62,931 nucleotides of DNA from a virus (Duplodnaviria > Caudoviricetes). Where the stretch lies: positions 1 to 62,931 of IMG/VR virus record IMGVR_UViG_3300017782_000013; one strand, 5' to 3'. Of the stretch, positions 45,201 through 54,548 are shown in pieces. The notes under the pieces are model-generated. The model saw nothing but the letters and a program-made list of their open reading frames with translations. It ran no database searches and was not told the origin of the DNA. Both the position numbers and the translations under genes were made by a program. Each line of letters starts with the position of its first letter. Position 1 is the first letter of the stretch.

Positions 45201-47056
45201 ACTTAAAGTTATTTATTGATGGGGTTGAAGTCGCTTCTGGTACATATGGAGCAACTGCTACACAAAACGGTGAAGTTCCTAGAATTGCAATGGGAGATTA
45301 CAACCAAAGAAATTTTCAAGGATTTACAGGTTATATAAGTAATCTGAGAGTTTCTACTTCAACTAGATACACTCAAGGTTTTTCTCCTATTGATAAACCG
45401 TTTTCTGATGATGCGAATACAACATTACTTTGTTTAAATAATTATAGATGGACAGATTCAAGTAGTAATAACGCAATATTTGACTTTCCATATGGTTCAC
45501 CACAAGTAAATCCTTTGAGTCCTTTTGTTCCTCCTGTAGAAACTTATGACCCAGAGATTCATGGGGCTAGTTGGTATTTAAGAAATAACCATGATAGCCA
45601 AACCTTATTTACTCCTAACAACACTAAGTATTGGTATGTAGAAAGACAAGACGTTATGCTAGAGCCTGAAATGGCTGACTACACAATGGAGTGTTGGGTA
45701 TATCACGAAGGTAATAACTATACTACTGATTCAGTAGTAAAAGGCGGAAGACCATTTTTCAATACCAATGGTACTGGTGGTGCTGTTTCTGCTACCTGTT
45801 TAGATGTACCAGAAAACACAGTTCATCCATTTACTTGGAATCATTTGGTTATTCAAAAAGAACAACATAGCCCTGCTACAAGCACCTCTGGTAATCACGG
45901 CACGGTAGCAAGGTTTTCTATGTACTTAAATGGTAATCGAGTATATGAATCTACAACATGGCCTTTACGTCAATATAATGATGATGTTCCTTTAGAGTTT
46001 GCTAGAAATTTAGGTCAAGCTGTTAGTAGAGTAGACCTAATGCACATGGGAACTGGAACAGGAAATAGATGGGCTTGGTGTTTAGATGGAAGCACTTACG
46101 GAGGAATGAGAGGTTATATATTTGATATAAGATACCTTAAAAATAAAAACACATTCCCAGCTTCTAAAGCAACTTATGATGTACCTACTAAACCTACAAA
46201 AGTAGATGTAAACACTCAATTTCATTTAAACGCTTCAGGGTCGGCTTTACCAAATGTTACAGGTACAAGTAATGTAAGAACTGTAGCACAAGCTCAAGCC
46301 GCTAATAATGTTCCAGCAAAATTTGGTAGTGGGTGTATATATTTTACAGATAACGGTTCTGACCATTTATCTACACCATTAGACGTTAATAATTGTATGG
46401 AGCGTTGTTCATTTACTATTGAAGGGTTTGTTAAATATGAACAGTTATATAGAGTTGTTCAAAATGAACCAGATTACAGAGGGGCAATTGTTGGTACAGC
46501 ACAACAACACCAAGGGCTATTCCACATTATAAATCGTGGAGATGCTATGCAAAGCACTAATAATGGTTTAGGTGTAAGGTTAGATATTACCAGTAGTTTT
46601 ATGATGAGCTATAATTATCAAAACGCTACGACCTTTTCTACTGTAGCTGAAAACACTGCTGGACAACCTGAGTTAGCCGCAGGAAATTCTGCTGGACATA
46701 CTTATAACACTATTGTAGCTGAATCAGACTTTGGGCCTCTTGAAGATAGACCAGGACATCACAGAAAAGACCAAACTGACTCAAAAGCACCTTGGTATCA
46801 CTTTGCTTTAGTTCGTGACGCCACGTTGGCTTCTAACAATTTAGTGTTCTATTTTGACGGTAAAAAGAAACTTTTTGCTACGGACTCTAGTAACTACCCT
46901 GTAGATATGCCTTTTCTAAAAATAGGAATACACAATAACGCCGCCCATACTTTAGTAGGGTGGATGGATAACTTTAGAGTTACAAAAGGAATTGCTAGGT
47001 ACGATGTAAGTCAAGATACAATATCTGTTCCGACAGAGGACTTCCCTGAATTTTAA
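42209..47056 (+). CDS. Large receptor-binding protein with about five LamG/concanavalin A-like domains
   Basis: Five W.H[VIFL] motifs (WVHVA, WNHIA, WYHVA, WNHLV, WYHFA), each with FING/YLNG-like and GYISN.R-like strands. Confidence 0.88.
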   Translation: MGFKGNIIKAKRTLPTKEKASGVWKVEDVAEANQRGEWPGKVKRDPHRANTTFMIKAENTDGGNNDNLSGDAFLNVSDHNAGTGYLENQGPSAKDTYTFRYFNQGLRQANNIASHENPFEKDGYYSWHFFNENFRSMIVPNIDKGFCQGDHYDFHWGSAEGTLEMFIRPNETGEIENTIQSAICGAFTNNYAQVNAEQSGWALWEDNNNAPRRISFALKEHNTNVLTPFLTSAVPHRGRGWVHVALTRDNRETDSRYRLFINGMLAATNTIAKNTNWGGYEANYAMSIGDSLLNQNSYYYKGYISNIRICKSVPSDYVTSASVVGTHCFDPPMDRLTPDSQGASSCSYLGLQSALAKNNASGFTIGYEYKDGERVTASPTHEISNWQPLQDGIGHPWTGTYNNATKNPVADHANYGAECRNISPFHGGNKTFTFQLGSATGVANGTGFCIESEFGSVGTAFVSETITMYEGFKYSFDQQHATNFGNQIKFSITEDGTHGGGVEFTDFVSAEGTAGQSASFTSITIPSGFTTNIAPRLFYYSVGAANRGGKIQISPRYIPKSESHNYGSQFFPYHEEGGSFYQFGSGMDSGLYDTEVTKAFMFSAREAFCFEGWWKFERNTGVGIRATMGFFGAYNVTNPNSHQFVFRMHELTGNPNVAIMAGDTANYRFNQDLWVSNNLQHTAPITLGGWNHIAVCRTKPPVNTSAAVYGIFINGKNVNSTQATVQANGNNFMHATYNKHGFAFGTPNNNAVPGAGGLPPRLARRGRFPNSDGNAFMNNVHVSNFRYVRGHSVYNVSADQIYLPSSPFTTYQGLNSAMATTQTTADGTSTVVLTFQNKNETRQRGLLDKSPQQRRVRTHPGNANLQCGTGRFTPFIKPFGYWSGYFRQNSYLDITKESTSTVFNGTNADDTFTLEAFIMNTAPSISTSGTDDQFNYIFVKGLGTNIGKGLGVTTDGKLRFIYYDDTSTQHVIVESAAGKIKFGPWYHVAVSNASGSGNLKLFIDGVEVASGTYGATATQNGEVPRIAMGDYNQRNFQGFTGYISNLRVSTSTRYTQGFSPIDKPFSDDANTTLLCLNNYRWTDSSSNNAIFDFPYGSPQVNPLSPFVPPVETYDPEIHGASWYLRNNHDSQTLFTPNNTKYWYVERQDVMLEPEMADYTMECWVYHEGNNYTTDSVVKGGRPFFNTNGTGGAVSATCLDVPENTVHPFTWNHLVIQKEQHSPATSTSGNHGTVARFSMYLNGNRVYESTTWPLRQYNDDVPLEFARNLGQAVSRVDLMHMGTGTGNRWAWCLDGSTYGGMRGYIFDIRYLKNKNTFPASKATYDVPTKPTKVDVNTQFHLNASGSALPNVTGTSNVRTVAQAQAANNVPAKFGSGCIYFTDNGSDHLSTPLDVNNCMERCSFTIEGFVKYEQLYRVVQNEPDYRGAIVGTAQQHQGLFHIINRGDAMQSTNNGLGVRLDITSSFMMSYNYQNATTFSTVAENTAGQPELAAGNSAGHTYNTIVAESDFGPLEDRPGHHRKDQTDSKAPWYHFALVRDATLASNNLVFYFDGKKKLFATDSSNYPVDMPFLKIGIHNNAAHTLVGWMDNFRVTKGIARYDVSQDTISVPTEDFPEF

Positions 47057-47067
47057 TGGAGAATTAA

Positions 47068-47508
47068 ATGTTAATTGCAAAGATAGAAAACGAACAAGTA
47101 TATGAAGTAGGACATTGGTCTAGGTGGTTTGCTGTAGAACCTAGTTCTAGCAGACTGTCCCAAATGAGTTTTAAAAAAGTAAGCGATAGAGCTTATCATG
47201 ACCCTAATACGCAAAAACTTGTTTCCTGTCCGCCTTATATAGATGGAGATTTTGTAGTTACTGTAAAAGTAGAATCTTTATCAACCGAAGAATTAAAATC
47301 TCAAAAAGAAACTGTTTTAGAAGACATACGTTTAGAACGAAATAATAGACTAGCTAATACAGATTGGGAAGTAGTTAGAACATTAGAAAAAGGTTCTGCT
47401 GTAGGTACTGCTATGGTGACTTATAGACAAGCACTACGAGATATACCAAAAGAAATCGGTGATAAAGACCCAAGAACTTGGGATAACTGGCCTAAGTTAG
47501 ATGAGTAA
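47068..47508 (+). CDS. Tail fibre assembly chaperone
   Basis: R.ERN..L..TDW...YRQALRDIP...WP. Confidence 0.85.
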   Translation: MLIAKIENEQVYEVGHWSRWFAVEPSSSRLSQMSFKKVSDRAYHDPNTQKLVSCPPYIDGDFVVTVKVESLSTEELKSQKETVLEDIRLERNNRLANTDWEVVRTLEKGSAVGTAMVTYRQALRDIPKEIGDKDPRTWDNWPKLDE

Positions 47509-48014
47509 TGATAGACCCGATAACTGCACTTTCAGCAGCGTCTGTCTGCTTTACTACTCTGAAAAAAGCAGTAGCCTTAGGAAAAGACGTTGAAGAAATT
47601 TATGGAACTCTGTCTAAATGGGCAGGGCACATTGAAGATGTAAAAGAGGTAATTTCACAGGAAAAAGCTAAACCAGGAATATTTAAAACATTAACTTATA
47701 AAAAAACAGCAACACAAGAAGTATTTGACACTATTATTGCAGAGGAAAAAATACGTGAACAGGAAAAATATATCAGAGAATTTTTTACCTCAAATTGGAC
47801 AGCAGACTGGGGAGGCATACAAGGATATAGAAAATTCATTGATTTGCGTAGAAAAATTAAAGCAAAGAGAGAATCTGAAATATATAATCAGATGCGAAGA
47901 AGGAAGAATTTTTTATATAACACCAAAATGGGAATTTTTATTGGAGTTTTAGTTTTAGTTTTAATTTATTTGTCTAATTTTTTATGGACAGCAGTGGTGG
48001 AATCAAGTAAATGA
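47508..48014 (+). CDS. Coiled-coil membrane protein
   Basis: MIDPITAL...; C-terminal TM GIFIGVLVLVLIYL. Confidence 0.72.
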   Translation: MIDPITALSAASVCFTTLKKAVALGKDVEEIYGTLSKWAGHIEDVKEVISQEKAKPGIFKTLTYKKTATQEVFDTIIAEEKIREQEKYIREFFTSNWTADWGGIQGYRKFIDLRRKIKAKRESEIYNQMRRRKNFLYNTKMGIFIGVLVLVLIYLSNFLWTAVVESSK

Positions 48015-48202
48015 CAAGTATATTTTTTGTAACATGGATGGCGACTGTTGTTCCAAACCGCCACCAATACTATTGTAAGTTGGAATGGGTGGAGAGAAAA
48101 CTATGTTACTACTGGTGTGCGAATGAAACAAGAGGGTTTAATTGGTTTGAGCCAGAAACTAGAAAAGGTTGTAAAATAAGAAAAAAGTTCTATAAGACAT
48201 AA
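48011..48202 (+). CDS. Small Cys/Trp-rich protein
   Basis: 63 aa with 4 Cys; ATGA overlap. Confidence 0.6.
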   Translation: MTSIFFVTWMATVVPNRHQYYCKLEWVERKLCYYWCANETRGFNWFEPETRKGCKIRKKFYKT

Positions 48203-48215
48203 TTGGAGAAAATAA

Positions 48216-48674
48216 ATGTTGCAATTACTAACAGGATTATTACCAGTAGCAGAAAAAGTTTTGGATAGGGTTATTCCTGACCCAACTGCACGTGCTAAAG
48301 CTATGAAAGAACTCAAAGCTATGGAGCAAAAAGGTGAACTTGCAAAACTCGAAGCTGAGTATGCCGATAGAGATTCAGCAAGAAAAAGAGAGACGGCTAT
48401 TGCTACTAGCGAAAATGCTAGTTGGTTAAACAAATGTGTGACTCCAATACTTGCATTAGGCACAGTAACAATGTCTTTTGCTTTATTCTTAGTGATTATA
48501 TTTGCAGATGTAGATGTAAACTCAGGAGCAAAAGATATTTTGGTGTACGTCTTGGGTGCTCTAAACTCAGCTACTACTATGGTGTTGGCATATTATTTTG
48601 GCAGTAGTGTAGGTAGTAAACAAAAATCAAATGAATTAAATGACATATTAGAAAAGAAAGAGCCAAGAGTATGA
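48216..48674 (+). CDS. Holin (GTA 3TM-like)
   Basis: LDRVIPDP...DRDSARKRE...two TM segments...YYFGSS; upstream of the endolysin. Confidence 0.8.
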   Translation: MLQLLTGLLPVAEKVLDRVIPDPTARAKAMKELKAMEQKGELAKLEAEYADRDSARKRETAIATSENASWLNKCVTPILALGTVTMSFALFLVIIFADVDVNSGAKDILVYVLGALNSATTMVLAYYFGSSVGSKQKSNELNDILEKKEPRV

Positions 48675-49048
48675 ATTGGGGGAAATATTTTACGCAAAAC
48701 GAGTTTAAATGTAGCCACACACAAAAGTGCGAAATGAACCAAGACTTTATAAATAAGTTAAATGAGTTAAGAAAAGCCTATGGGCGACCAATGAGAATTA
48801 CATCAGGCTTTAGAGATGTTACTCACCCCATAGAAGCTAGAAAGAAAAACGGTGGTGGTGCTCATACCACAGGATGTGCTGCAGATATAGGGGTAGCAAG
48901 AGGAGATGCTTTTGATTTAGTTTCTTTAGCACTTGCTATGAAATTTACTGGAATAGGTATAAATCAAAAAGGTGATGCTAGGTTTATACATTTAGATACT
49001 TTAGAAAACACGAACGGGAGACCCAGACCTACTATTTGGTCTTATTAA
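48671..49048 (+). CDS. Endolysin, peptidase M15A family
   Basis: YF...EF.C, ITSGFR, AHTTGCAADI, GIG...FIHLD. Confidence 0.9.
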   Translation: MNWGKYFTQNEFKCSHTQKCEMNQDFINKLNELRKAYGRPMRITSGFRDVTHPIEARKKNGGGAHTTGCAADIGVARGDAFDLVSLALAMKFTGIGINQKGDARFIHLDTLENTNGRPRPTIWSY

Positions 49049-49050
49049 CT

Positions 49051-49440
49051 ATGTTTTATGGTGGCGTTGCTTTTTCTCAAGATTCATATGCTTCTTTTGG
49101 AGTAGTAGCAGAAGCACCTACTGTTGTTAATGTAACAGGACTTTCCGCAACTGCTGGATTAGGCACAGTTTCCATATCAATAGCTGGTGCAGGTAGCGTT
49201 TCATTTACCGTGGCTGGAGTAGCTGGTACAAGTGCTTTGGGAAATGCAGAAAGTGTGGTAATTACACCAGTAAATGTAACAGGAGTATCAGCAACAGGAG
49301 TTTTAGGAACTGCAATAGTAGAATTTAATGCTTTTGCTTCTGCAACAGGAGTTTTAGGTACTGGGGCTGTTGGAGCACCAGTGGTTTACGGTATAATAGA
49401 CGACAGTCAAACACCAATATGGACGGATATACCAACATAG
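49051..49440 (+). CDS. Val/Gly/Thr-repeat structural protein
   Basis: Repeated VTGVSATG.LG; ends in QTP.W..I. Confidence 0.72.
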   Translation: MFYGGVAFSQDSYASFGVVAEAPTVVNVTGLSATAGLGTVSISIAGAGSVSFTVAGVAGTSALGNAESVVITPVNVTGVSATGVLGTAIVEFNAFASATGVLGTGAVGAPVVYGIIDDSQTPIWTDIPT

Positions 49441-49474
49441 TCGAGACTTACAAAATATATATTAGGAGATAAAA

Positions 49475-50509
49475 ATGGCAAGTACTTACACTAGTAATTT
49501 AAAGATAGAAAAAATAGGTGATGGTGAACAAGCTGGAACGTGGGGTAATACCACTAATCAAAACCTTGAGGCTTTGGAAGAAGCTATATGTGGAAGAGTT
49601 GTTTTAGGAACAAGTGATTTTACAAATAATGTAGCTACTCTTTCTTTAAGTAACAGCAATGCTACTGCTAATGCTAGACATCTTTATATTGATGTTACAG
49701 CTACGCTGTCAGCAAATGCTACTATAAATTTACCTAATATACAAAAAACATATATAGTGCATAACAATAATGCTGGTGACTATCAAGTAACTGCAAAAGT
49801 ATCAGGGCAAACTGGCATATTTATACCTAAATCTGAAAAAGCATTTCTTGTCGGGACAGGCTCAGATTTTAAAGACGCTATGACTCACACAGAGAATCTA
49901 GGTGTTAACATGAGAACGGCTGGATTAGCCAATGATGCGAATAACTCTCCTGGCGGTAACTGGGCTTTATACGCACAATCAAATGACGAAGCACCTGCTA
50001 TCGGAGCTTTTGGATATAAGTTTGGTGGGTCTTTTCCATCCCCTTCTATGGTTTGTTACACAAATCAAACATCAAGTAATAACTTAATTCAGTTTCATTA
50101 TGTGGAAAATGCTAGTTTAACTAGTGTAGGAAATACAAGTGTTAGTGTTGGTAATATTCTTACAAATGGTTCAGCTACTACTTACTCTACTTCTTCTGAC
50201 TATAGGTTAAAAGAAAATGTTGTACCTTTGGAAAATGCTCTAAACAGAGTTAATCTTTTGTCTACATATAGGTTTAATTTTAAAAACACACCTGATACAA
50301 CTGTAGATGGGTTTATTGCTCACGAAGTAGCAAACGTAGTACCTGAATCAGTTACAGGCTATAAAGATGAAGTTGATAAATTAAGTAGACCTGTTTATCA
50401 AGGAATTGACCAAAGTAAATTAGTGCCTATTTTAGTAAAAGCTATTCAAGAATTAAGCTCTAAAGTAGATGCCCTTGAAACTAGGATACAGACTCTTGAA
50501 TCTAAGTAA
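49475..50509 (+). CDS. Tail fibre with a C-terminal intramolecular chaperone (peptidase S74)
   Basis: GEQAGTWG.TTN.N N-terminus; SDYRLKENV, GFIAHEV, DQSKLVP.LVKAIQEL. Confidence 0.88.
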   Translation: MASTYTSNLKIEKIGDGEQAGTWGNTTNQNLEALEEAICGRVVLGTSDFTNNVATLSLSNSNATANARHLYIDVTATLSANATINLPNIQKTYIVHNNNAGDYQVTAKVSGQTGIFIPKSEKAFLVGTGSDFKDAMTHTENLGVNMRTAGLANDANNSPGGNWALYAQSNDEAPAIGAFGYKFGGSFPSPSMVCYTNQTSSNNLIQFHYVENASLTSVGNTSVSVGNILTNGSATTYSTSSDYRLKENVVPLENALNRVNLLSTYRFNFKNTPDTTVDGFIAHEVANVVPESVTGYKDEVDKLSRPVYQGIDQSKLVPILVKAIQELSSKVDALETRIQTLESK

Positions 50510-52469
50510 ATTAAAAATAGCACCTGGAATAGATAAGCAAAATACTGAGTATGGTGCTGAAGGTCGATGGATTGATTGCGATAATGTTCGATTTAGATAT
50601 GGTAAAGCCGAAAAAATAGGAGGTTGGGAAAAATTTTTCGGTCAAGTTAAAGCGTCTGACCCTAGCCAAAGTGCAAAATTTGTCGGTCGTATAACAAACA
50701 TGATTTCTTGGGTTTCAAATAGTGGTTCTCCTTTTATAATAATAGGAACATCTAAAAAATTATACGCATACAATGGCGGTAACTGGGGTGATATTACTCC
50801 TCTTAGAAGTGTGAACGGTAGTTTTAGAGGTTGGGGTGCAGGGTTATGGAACAGGCAATCTTTTGCGGGACAAACAACAGCGTTTTCTACTACAAACGGT
50901 AGTAATGTAGTTACTGTTCATGTTAGTAATCACGGTATATTGATAGGTGATTTTATTACTTTAAGTGAACTAACTGGAGACCCTGGTGGGATTGCAAACG
51001 CTAATTTAGAAGGCGAGTTTGAAGTACAAGATGTAACAGGAATAAACACTTTTACAATTATAGCAAGAGCAAACGCTACTTCTACACAAAGCATACCTGT
51101 CGGTGCAGCTAATATAACATTTCAAATAAATGTAGGTACAGATGTAGGTTCTGTTGACTATGGTTGGAATGTGGGTTCTTGGAATGAAGGCTCTTGGAAT
51201 ACGGCTAGGTCAGTTTCAGCTAATGTAATAGAACCAAGGGTATGGCAGTTTGATTTATATGGAGAAGACGTAATATGTAATTTAATAGGAGATAGGCTGT
51301 ACTTATTTAATACTAGTTCAGGTATAAACTCCAGAGCAACCGAAATAACAGATGCTCCAGCGGCAACAGAATTTTTTATAATGGCCCCGACTTCTAGGCA
51401 ACTAATATGTTTAGGAACGGATTCCACAGTTGGAGATAGTGCAACACAAAACAAAATGCTATTAAGGTTTTCTGATATAGAAGGTCTTAACACAACAACG
51501 TCTTCAACTTTTGATGCAATTACTAACACTAGTACATTTACCGAAAAAGTAGAAAATTTTGCAGGTGCTATACGATTAACAGACGGAAGTAAGATAATGA
51601 CTGCTGTTAAGTCAAGAAACCAACTAATTGTTTTAACAGATACCGCAGCTTACGGTTTGCAATTTGTAGGCGGTACTCAAGTTTTTGCTTCTCAACAATT
51701 AGGAGCTAATTGCGGGTGTGTTGCTCCGTTAGCTGCTGTTGAAGCAGGTGGTATTACATATTGGATGTCTAAAGATTCGTTTTATATGTTTGATGGTACT
51801 GTTAAAAAATTACCTTGCACAGTAGAAGATTTTATTTTTGATAATTTAAACTTTACGCAATCTCATAAATTTCATGTTGGTCTAAACTCAAAGTTCAATG
51901 AAATTACATGGTGGTACACAACCACTAATTCTGACTATATAGACAGAATGGTTACATATAATTATTTAGAAGGTATTTGGTCTGTTGGTAGTTTATCTAG
52001 GACGGCTTGGGTAGATTACGGGTCTTTTGAAAACCCTATAGGGGCTGAATTTTTACCAACCGATAGCTCAGATACTTTAACTGACATACAAAGTTTATCA
52101 AATGGTAGAAGCGTGTTATATACGCATGAAAAAGGTGTGAATAACGAAAATCAACCTATTACAGCTTTCATACAATCAGGTTATTTAGATATTGCTGATG
52201 GAAATAGCGTTTCATTTGTTCGTAAATTTGTGCCTGATTTTAAAAACCAACAAGGTAACTTAAACATACAATTATTAACAAGGGTTTACCCAAATGCTCA
52301 AGCAAAAGTTAGCGTTACAGATTTGCATGATATTAGCCCAACTACGGAGAAAGTTGACACAAGGGCGAGAGGAAGACAAGTATCTTTAAAAATACAAAGT
52401 CAAAGTGTAGACACAACTTGGCGTATAGGAGATAACAGAATACTAATACAACCTGACGGATTAAGATGA
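50469..52469 (+). CDS. P22 gp10-like DNA stabilisation / tail nozzle protein
   Basis: PGID....Y.AEG.W.D.DNVRFR.G..EKIGGW...F.EI.W.Y...RARGRQ...PDG.R. Start may be TTG 50496. Confidence 0.78.
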   Translation: MPLKLGYRLLNLSKLKIAPGIDKQNTEYGAEGRWIDCDNVRFRYGKAEKIGGWEKFFGQVKASDPSQSAKFVGRITNMISWVSNSGSPFIIIGTSKKLYAYNGGNWGDITPLRSVNGSFRGWGAGLWNRQSFAGQTTAFSTTNGSNVVTVHVSNHGILIGDFITLSELTGDPGGIANANLEGEFEVQDVTGINTFTIIARANATSTQSIPVGAANITFQINVGTDVGSVDYGWNVGSWNEGSWNTARSVSANVIEPRVWQFDLYGEDVICNLIGDRLYLFNTSSGINSRATEITDAPAATEFFIMAPTSRQLICLGTDSTVGDSATQNKMLLRFSDIEGLNTTTSSTFDAITNTSTFTEKVENFAGAIRLTDGSKIMTAVKSRNQLIVLTDTAAYGLQFVGGTQVFASQQLGANCGCVAPLAAVEAGGITYWMSKDSFYMFDGTVKKLPCTVEDFIFDNLNFTQSHKFHVGLNSKFNEITWWYTTTNSDYIDRMVTYNYLEGIWSVGSLSRTAWVDYGSFENPIGAEFLPTDSSDTLTDIQSLSNGRSVLYTHEKGVNNENQPITAFIQSGYLDIADGNSVSFVRKFVPDFKNQQGNLNIQLLTRVYPNAQAKVSVTDLHDISPTTEKVDTRARGRQVSLKIQSQSVDTTWRIGDNRILIQPDGLR

Positions 52470-52642
52470 GTAAGATACACACAACAAGATTACCGTCTTT
52501 TTATAACAAAGATTACAACCCAGAACAATTAAATCAATTAGTTCTAGTTTTAGAAAGAGTCTTAACAGAATTAAATAGTGGTTATACGCCACCGCAGTCA
52601 GAAAATAATACACAAGCTATGGCTTGGTTTTTTGGAAAATAA
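52466..52642 (+). CDS. 58-aa structural protein with a C-terminal hook (not in track)
   Basis: MSKIHTTRLPSFYNKDYNPEQLNQLVLVLERVLTELNSG...QAMAWFFGK; ATGA overlap. Confidence 0.75.
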   Translation: MSKIHTTRLPSFYNKDYNPEQLNQLVLVLERVLTELNSGYTPPQSENNTQAMAWFFGK

Positions 52643-52990
52643 ATGTCAAATAAATTTAAAAGATTTTCGTTAGTAAATTTAGCCAATAATACACAAACTA
52701 GTATTTTAACTGTACCAACTGATACTACAGCTATTGTTAAATCAGCTATTGTTGCAAATAAAAGTGCAGGAACTAGAAACGTAAAAATGACTTACACCCC
52801 TGTAACAGACTCAGGGACAGGTACAGAAGTTATGTTGATACCAGTGGAGGGTGTTACAGCTAATCAAAGTGAAGATGTATTAAATGAGAGAAACCCCGTA
52901 GTTTTAGAAGGTAATGACATATTAAAATTTGAAATAAATGGCACTAGTGCTGATGTTACAGTAAATGTATTATTTGTTGACAGAGAATGA
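52643..52990 (+). CDS. Fibre-adaptor-like beta-sandwich protein
   Basis: LTVP..TTAIVKS..VAN...PVVLEGNDIL. Confidence 0.72.
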   Translation: MSNKFKRFSLVNLANNTQTSILTVPTDTTAIVKSAIVANKSAGTRNVKMTYTPVTDSGTGTEVMLIPVEGVTANQSEDVLNERNPVVLEGNDILKFEINGTSADVTVNVLFVDRE

Positions 52991-53415
52991 TTGAGATAAA
53001 AAAAGTTAAGATTGATACAAAAATAAAAATACAACTAATAAATATGCAAAAAGTATGCTTACCAGAAGATAAACCGATAAGACCCACTAAAGAAAAGGCA
53101 AACTGGTGGTGGGTTGGTAGAGAATTAGAACAACCTGTTTGCTTTGCAAGTTTAAAACAATCTTCTCAATGGTGCGATACAGTATATTTAGCTAGGAGTG
53201 GTGTTTTACCAAAGTGGAGAGGTCAAGGTTTACAAAAGAAAATGATAACTATAAGAGAGAAATTTGCTAGAAAACTAGGTTATAATTGGGTGATTACAGA
53301 TACTACGGATAATTTACCTAGTTCTAATAGTCTAATTAGTAAAGGATATAAAATGTTTTATCCTAGCAACCCTTGGGGGTACTCTAATAGTTTGTATTGG
53401 AGAAAAGAATTATGA
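52987..53415 (+). CDS. GNAT acetyltransferase
   Basis: YLARSGVLPKWRGQGLQK (acetyl-CoA loop); N..S.N.L...GY. Confidence 0.85.
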   Translation: MIEIKKVKIDTKIKIQLINMQKVCLPEDKPIRPTKEKANWWWVGRELEQPVCFASLKQSSQWCDTVYLARSGVLPKWRGQGLQKKMITIREKFARKLGYNWVITDTTDNLPSSNSLISKGYKMFYPSNPWGYSNSLYWRKEL

Positions 53416-54548
53416 ATTATGTAATAGAACAGATTGCTAACGCTGGACGGTATGGAGACGACAAGCTCGTTCATATGTCATCTGATGAAGTAGCAGGTTT
53501 AAAAGGACTTGCAAATGCTTATGGCACAGAGATAACTAAAAATCCACAAACAGGGTTAGACGAAGCGTTTAATTTAAAAAGTTTATTGCCTATGGTAGCA
53601 GGTCTGGCTTTAGGCCCAGCAGGTGTTGGTTTGACTGCTTTACAAGCTGGTATTGCAACAGGAGTTGGGGGTGCTCTAATAACAGGCGACCCACTTCAAG
53701 GTGCTATGATGGGGCTAGGTGGATATGGTGGTGCTGGTCTAGGCGGAGCTTTATCTTCGGCAGGTAGTGCTGGTGCTCAAGCGGGAAATACAGCCGTATC
53801 AACGGGTACTGAGACAATAACTGCTGCAACGCCTACAAATTTACCTAACGCATTTCCTGGTGGAGTTCCACCTATGAATCCAGCTACCGACACACTAGCA
53901 ATGGGTTCTGGAACAACTCCAGGTTTAGCTAATGCATTTAGTCCTAGTGAGGTAGCGTCACAAGCCGCTAATTATACTCAAAATGTAGTACCACCTGCTT
54001 CAACATCTTCAGGTGGATTCGGGGCAGTAGGGGACGGGTTACAAGGCGTAATTTCTGACGCACCTGGTGCTAGAGAAGCATTTATGTCTCCTGTAGAACA
54101 AGGCGGTATAGGTGGTAAGTCAGGTTTATTTAAGTCTGGTTTAGCTGCTTCTGCTCCTATGTTTGAGGAAGCTCTACAGCCAGAAGAAATGAACGCATAT
54201 TCAGACGGAGAGCCAATACCTTTTGAAAGCTATTTAGATGAATATGGTTTAAGGCGTGTAAGACCTAAAAAATTTGCAGAGGGCGGTTTGACAGACGCTA
54301 GTTTAACAAATAAAAGTGGTTTAGGTAGCCTAATACAAGGTAGTGGGGACGGCATGGGTGACGAAGTTCCTGCATTAGTTAGTCCTGGTGAATATATAAT
54401 TACTGCTCAAGCTGTTTCGGCACTTGGTAATGGTAATACAGATGCAGGGGCAAAAAAATTAGATGGAATGATGGACAGAATATATAAATCACAATCAGGA
54501 GAAGCTAAACAAATGCCAAGAATGTCAGATAGTGTGATGCCTACATGA
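53412..54548 (+). CDS. Internal virion / ejection protein
   Basis: GR.GD..LVHM...NP.TGL.EAF; Gly/Ala hydrophobic stretch; FAEGG; GDGMGDEVPA..S.GEY. Confidence 0.72.
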   Translation: MNYVIEQIANAGRYGDDKLVHMSSDEVAGLKGLANAYGTEITKNPQTGLDEAFNLKSLLPMVAGLALGPAGVGLTALQAGIATGVGGALITGDPLQGAMMGLGGYGGAGLGGALSSAGSAGAQAGNTAVSTGTETITAATPTNLPNAFPGGVPPMNPATDTLAMGSGTTPGLANAFSPSEVASQAANYTQNVVPPASTSSGGFGAVGDGLQGVISDAPGAREAFMSPVEQGGIGGKSGLFKSGLAASAPMFEEALQPEEMNAYSDGEPIPFESYLDEYGLRRVRPKKFAEGGLTDASLTNKSGLGSLIQGSGDGMGDEVPALVSPGEYIITAQAVSALGNGNTDAGAKKLDGMMDRIYKSQSGEAKQMPRMSDSVMPT

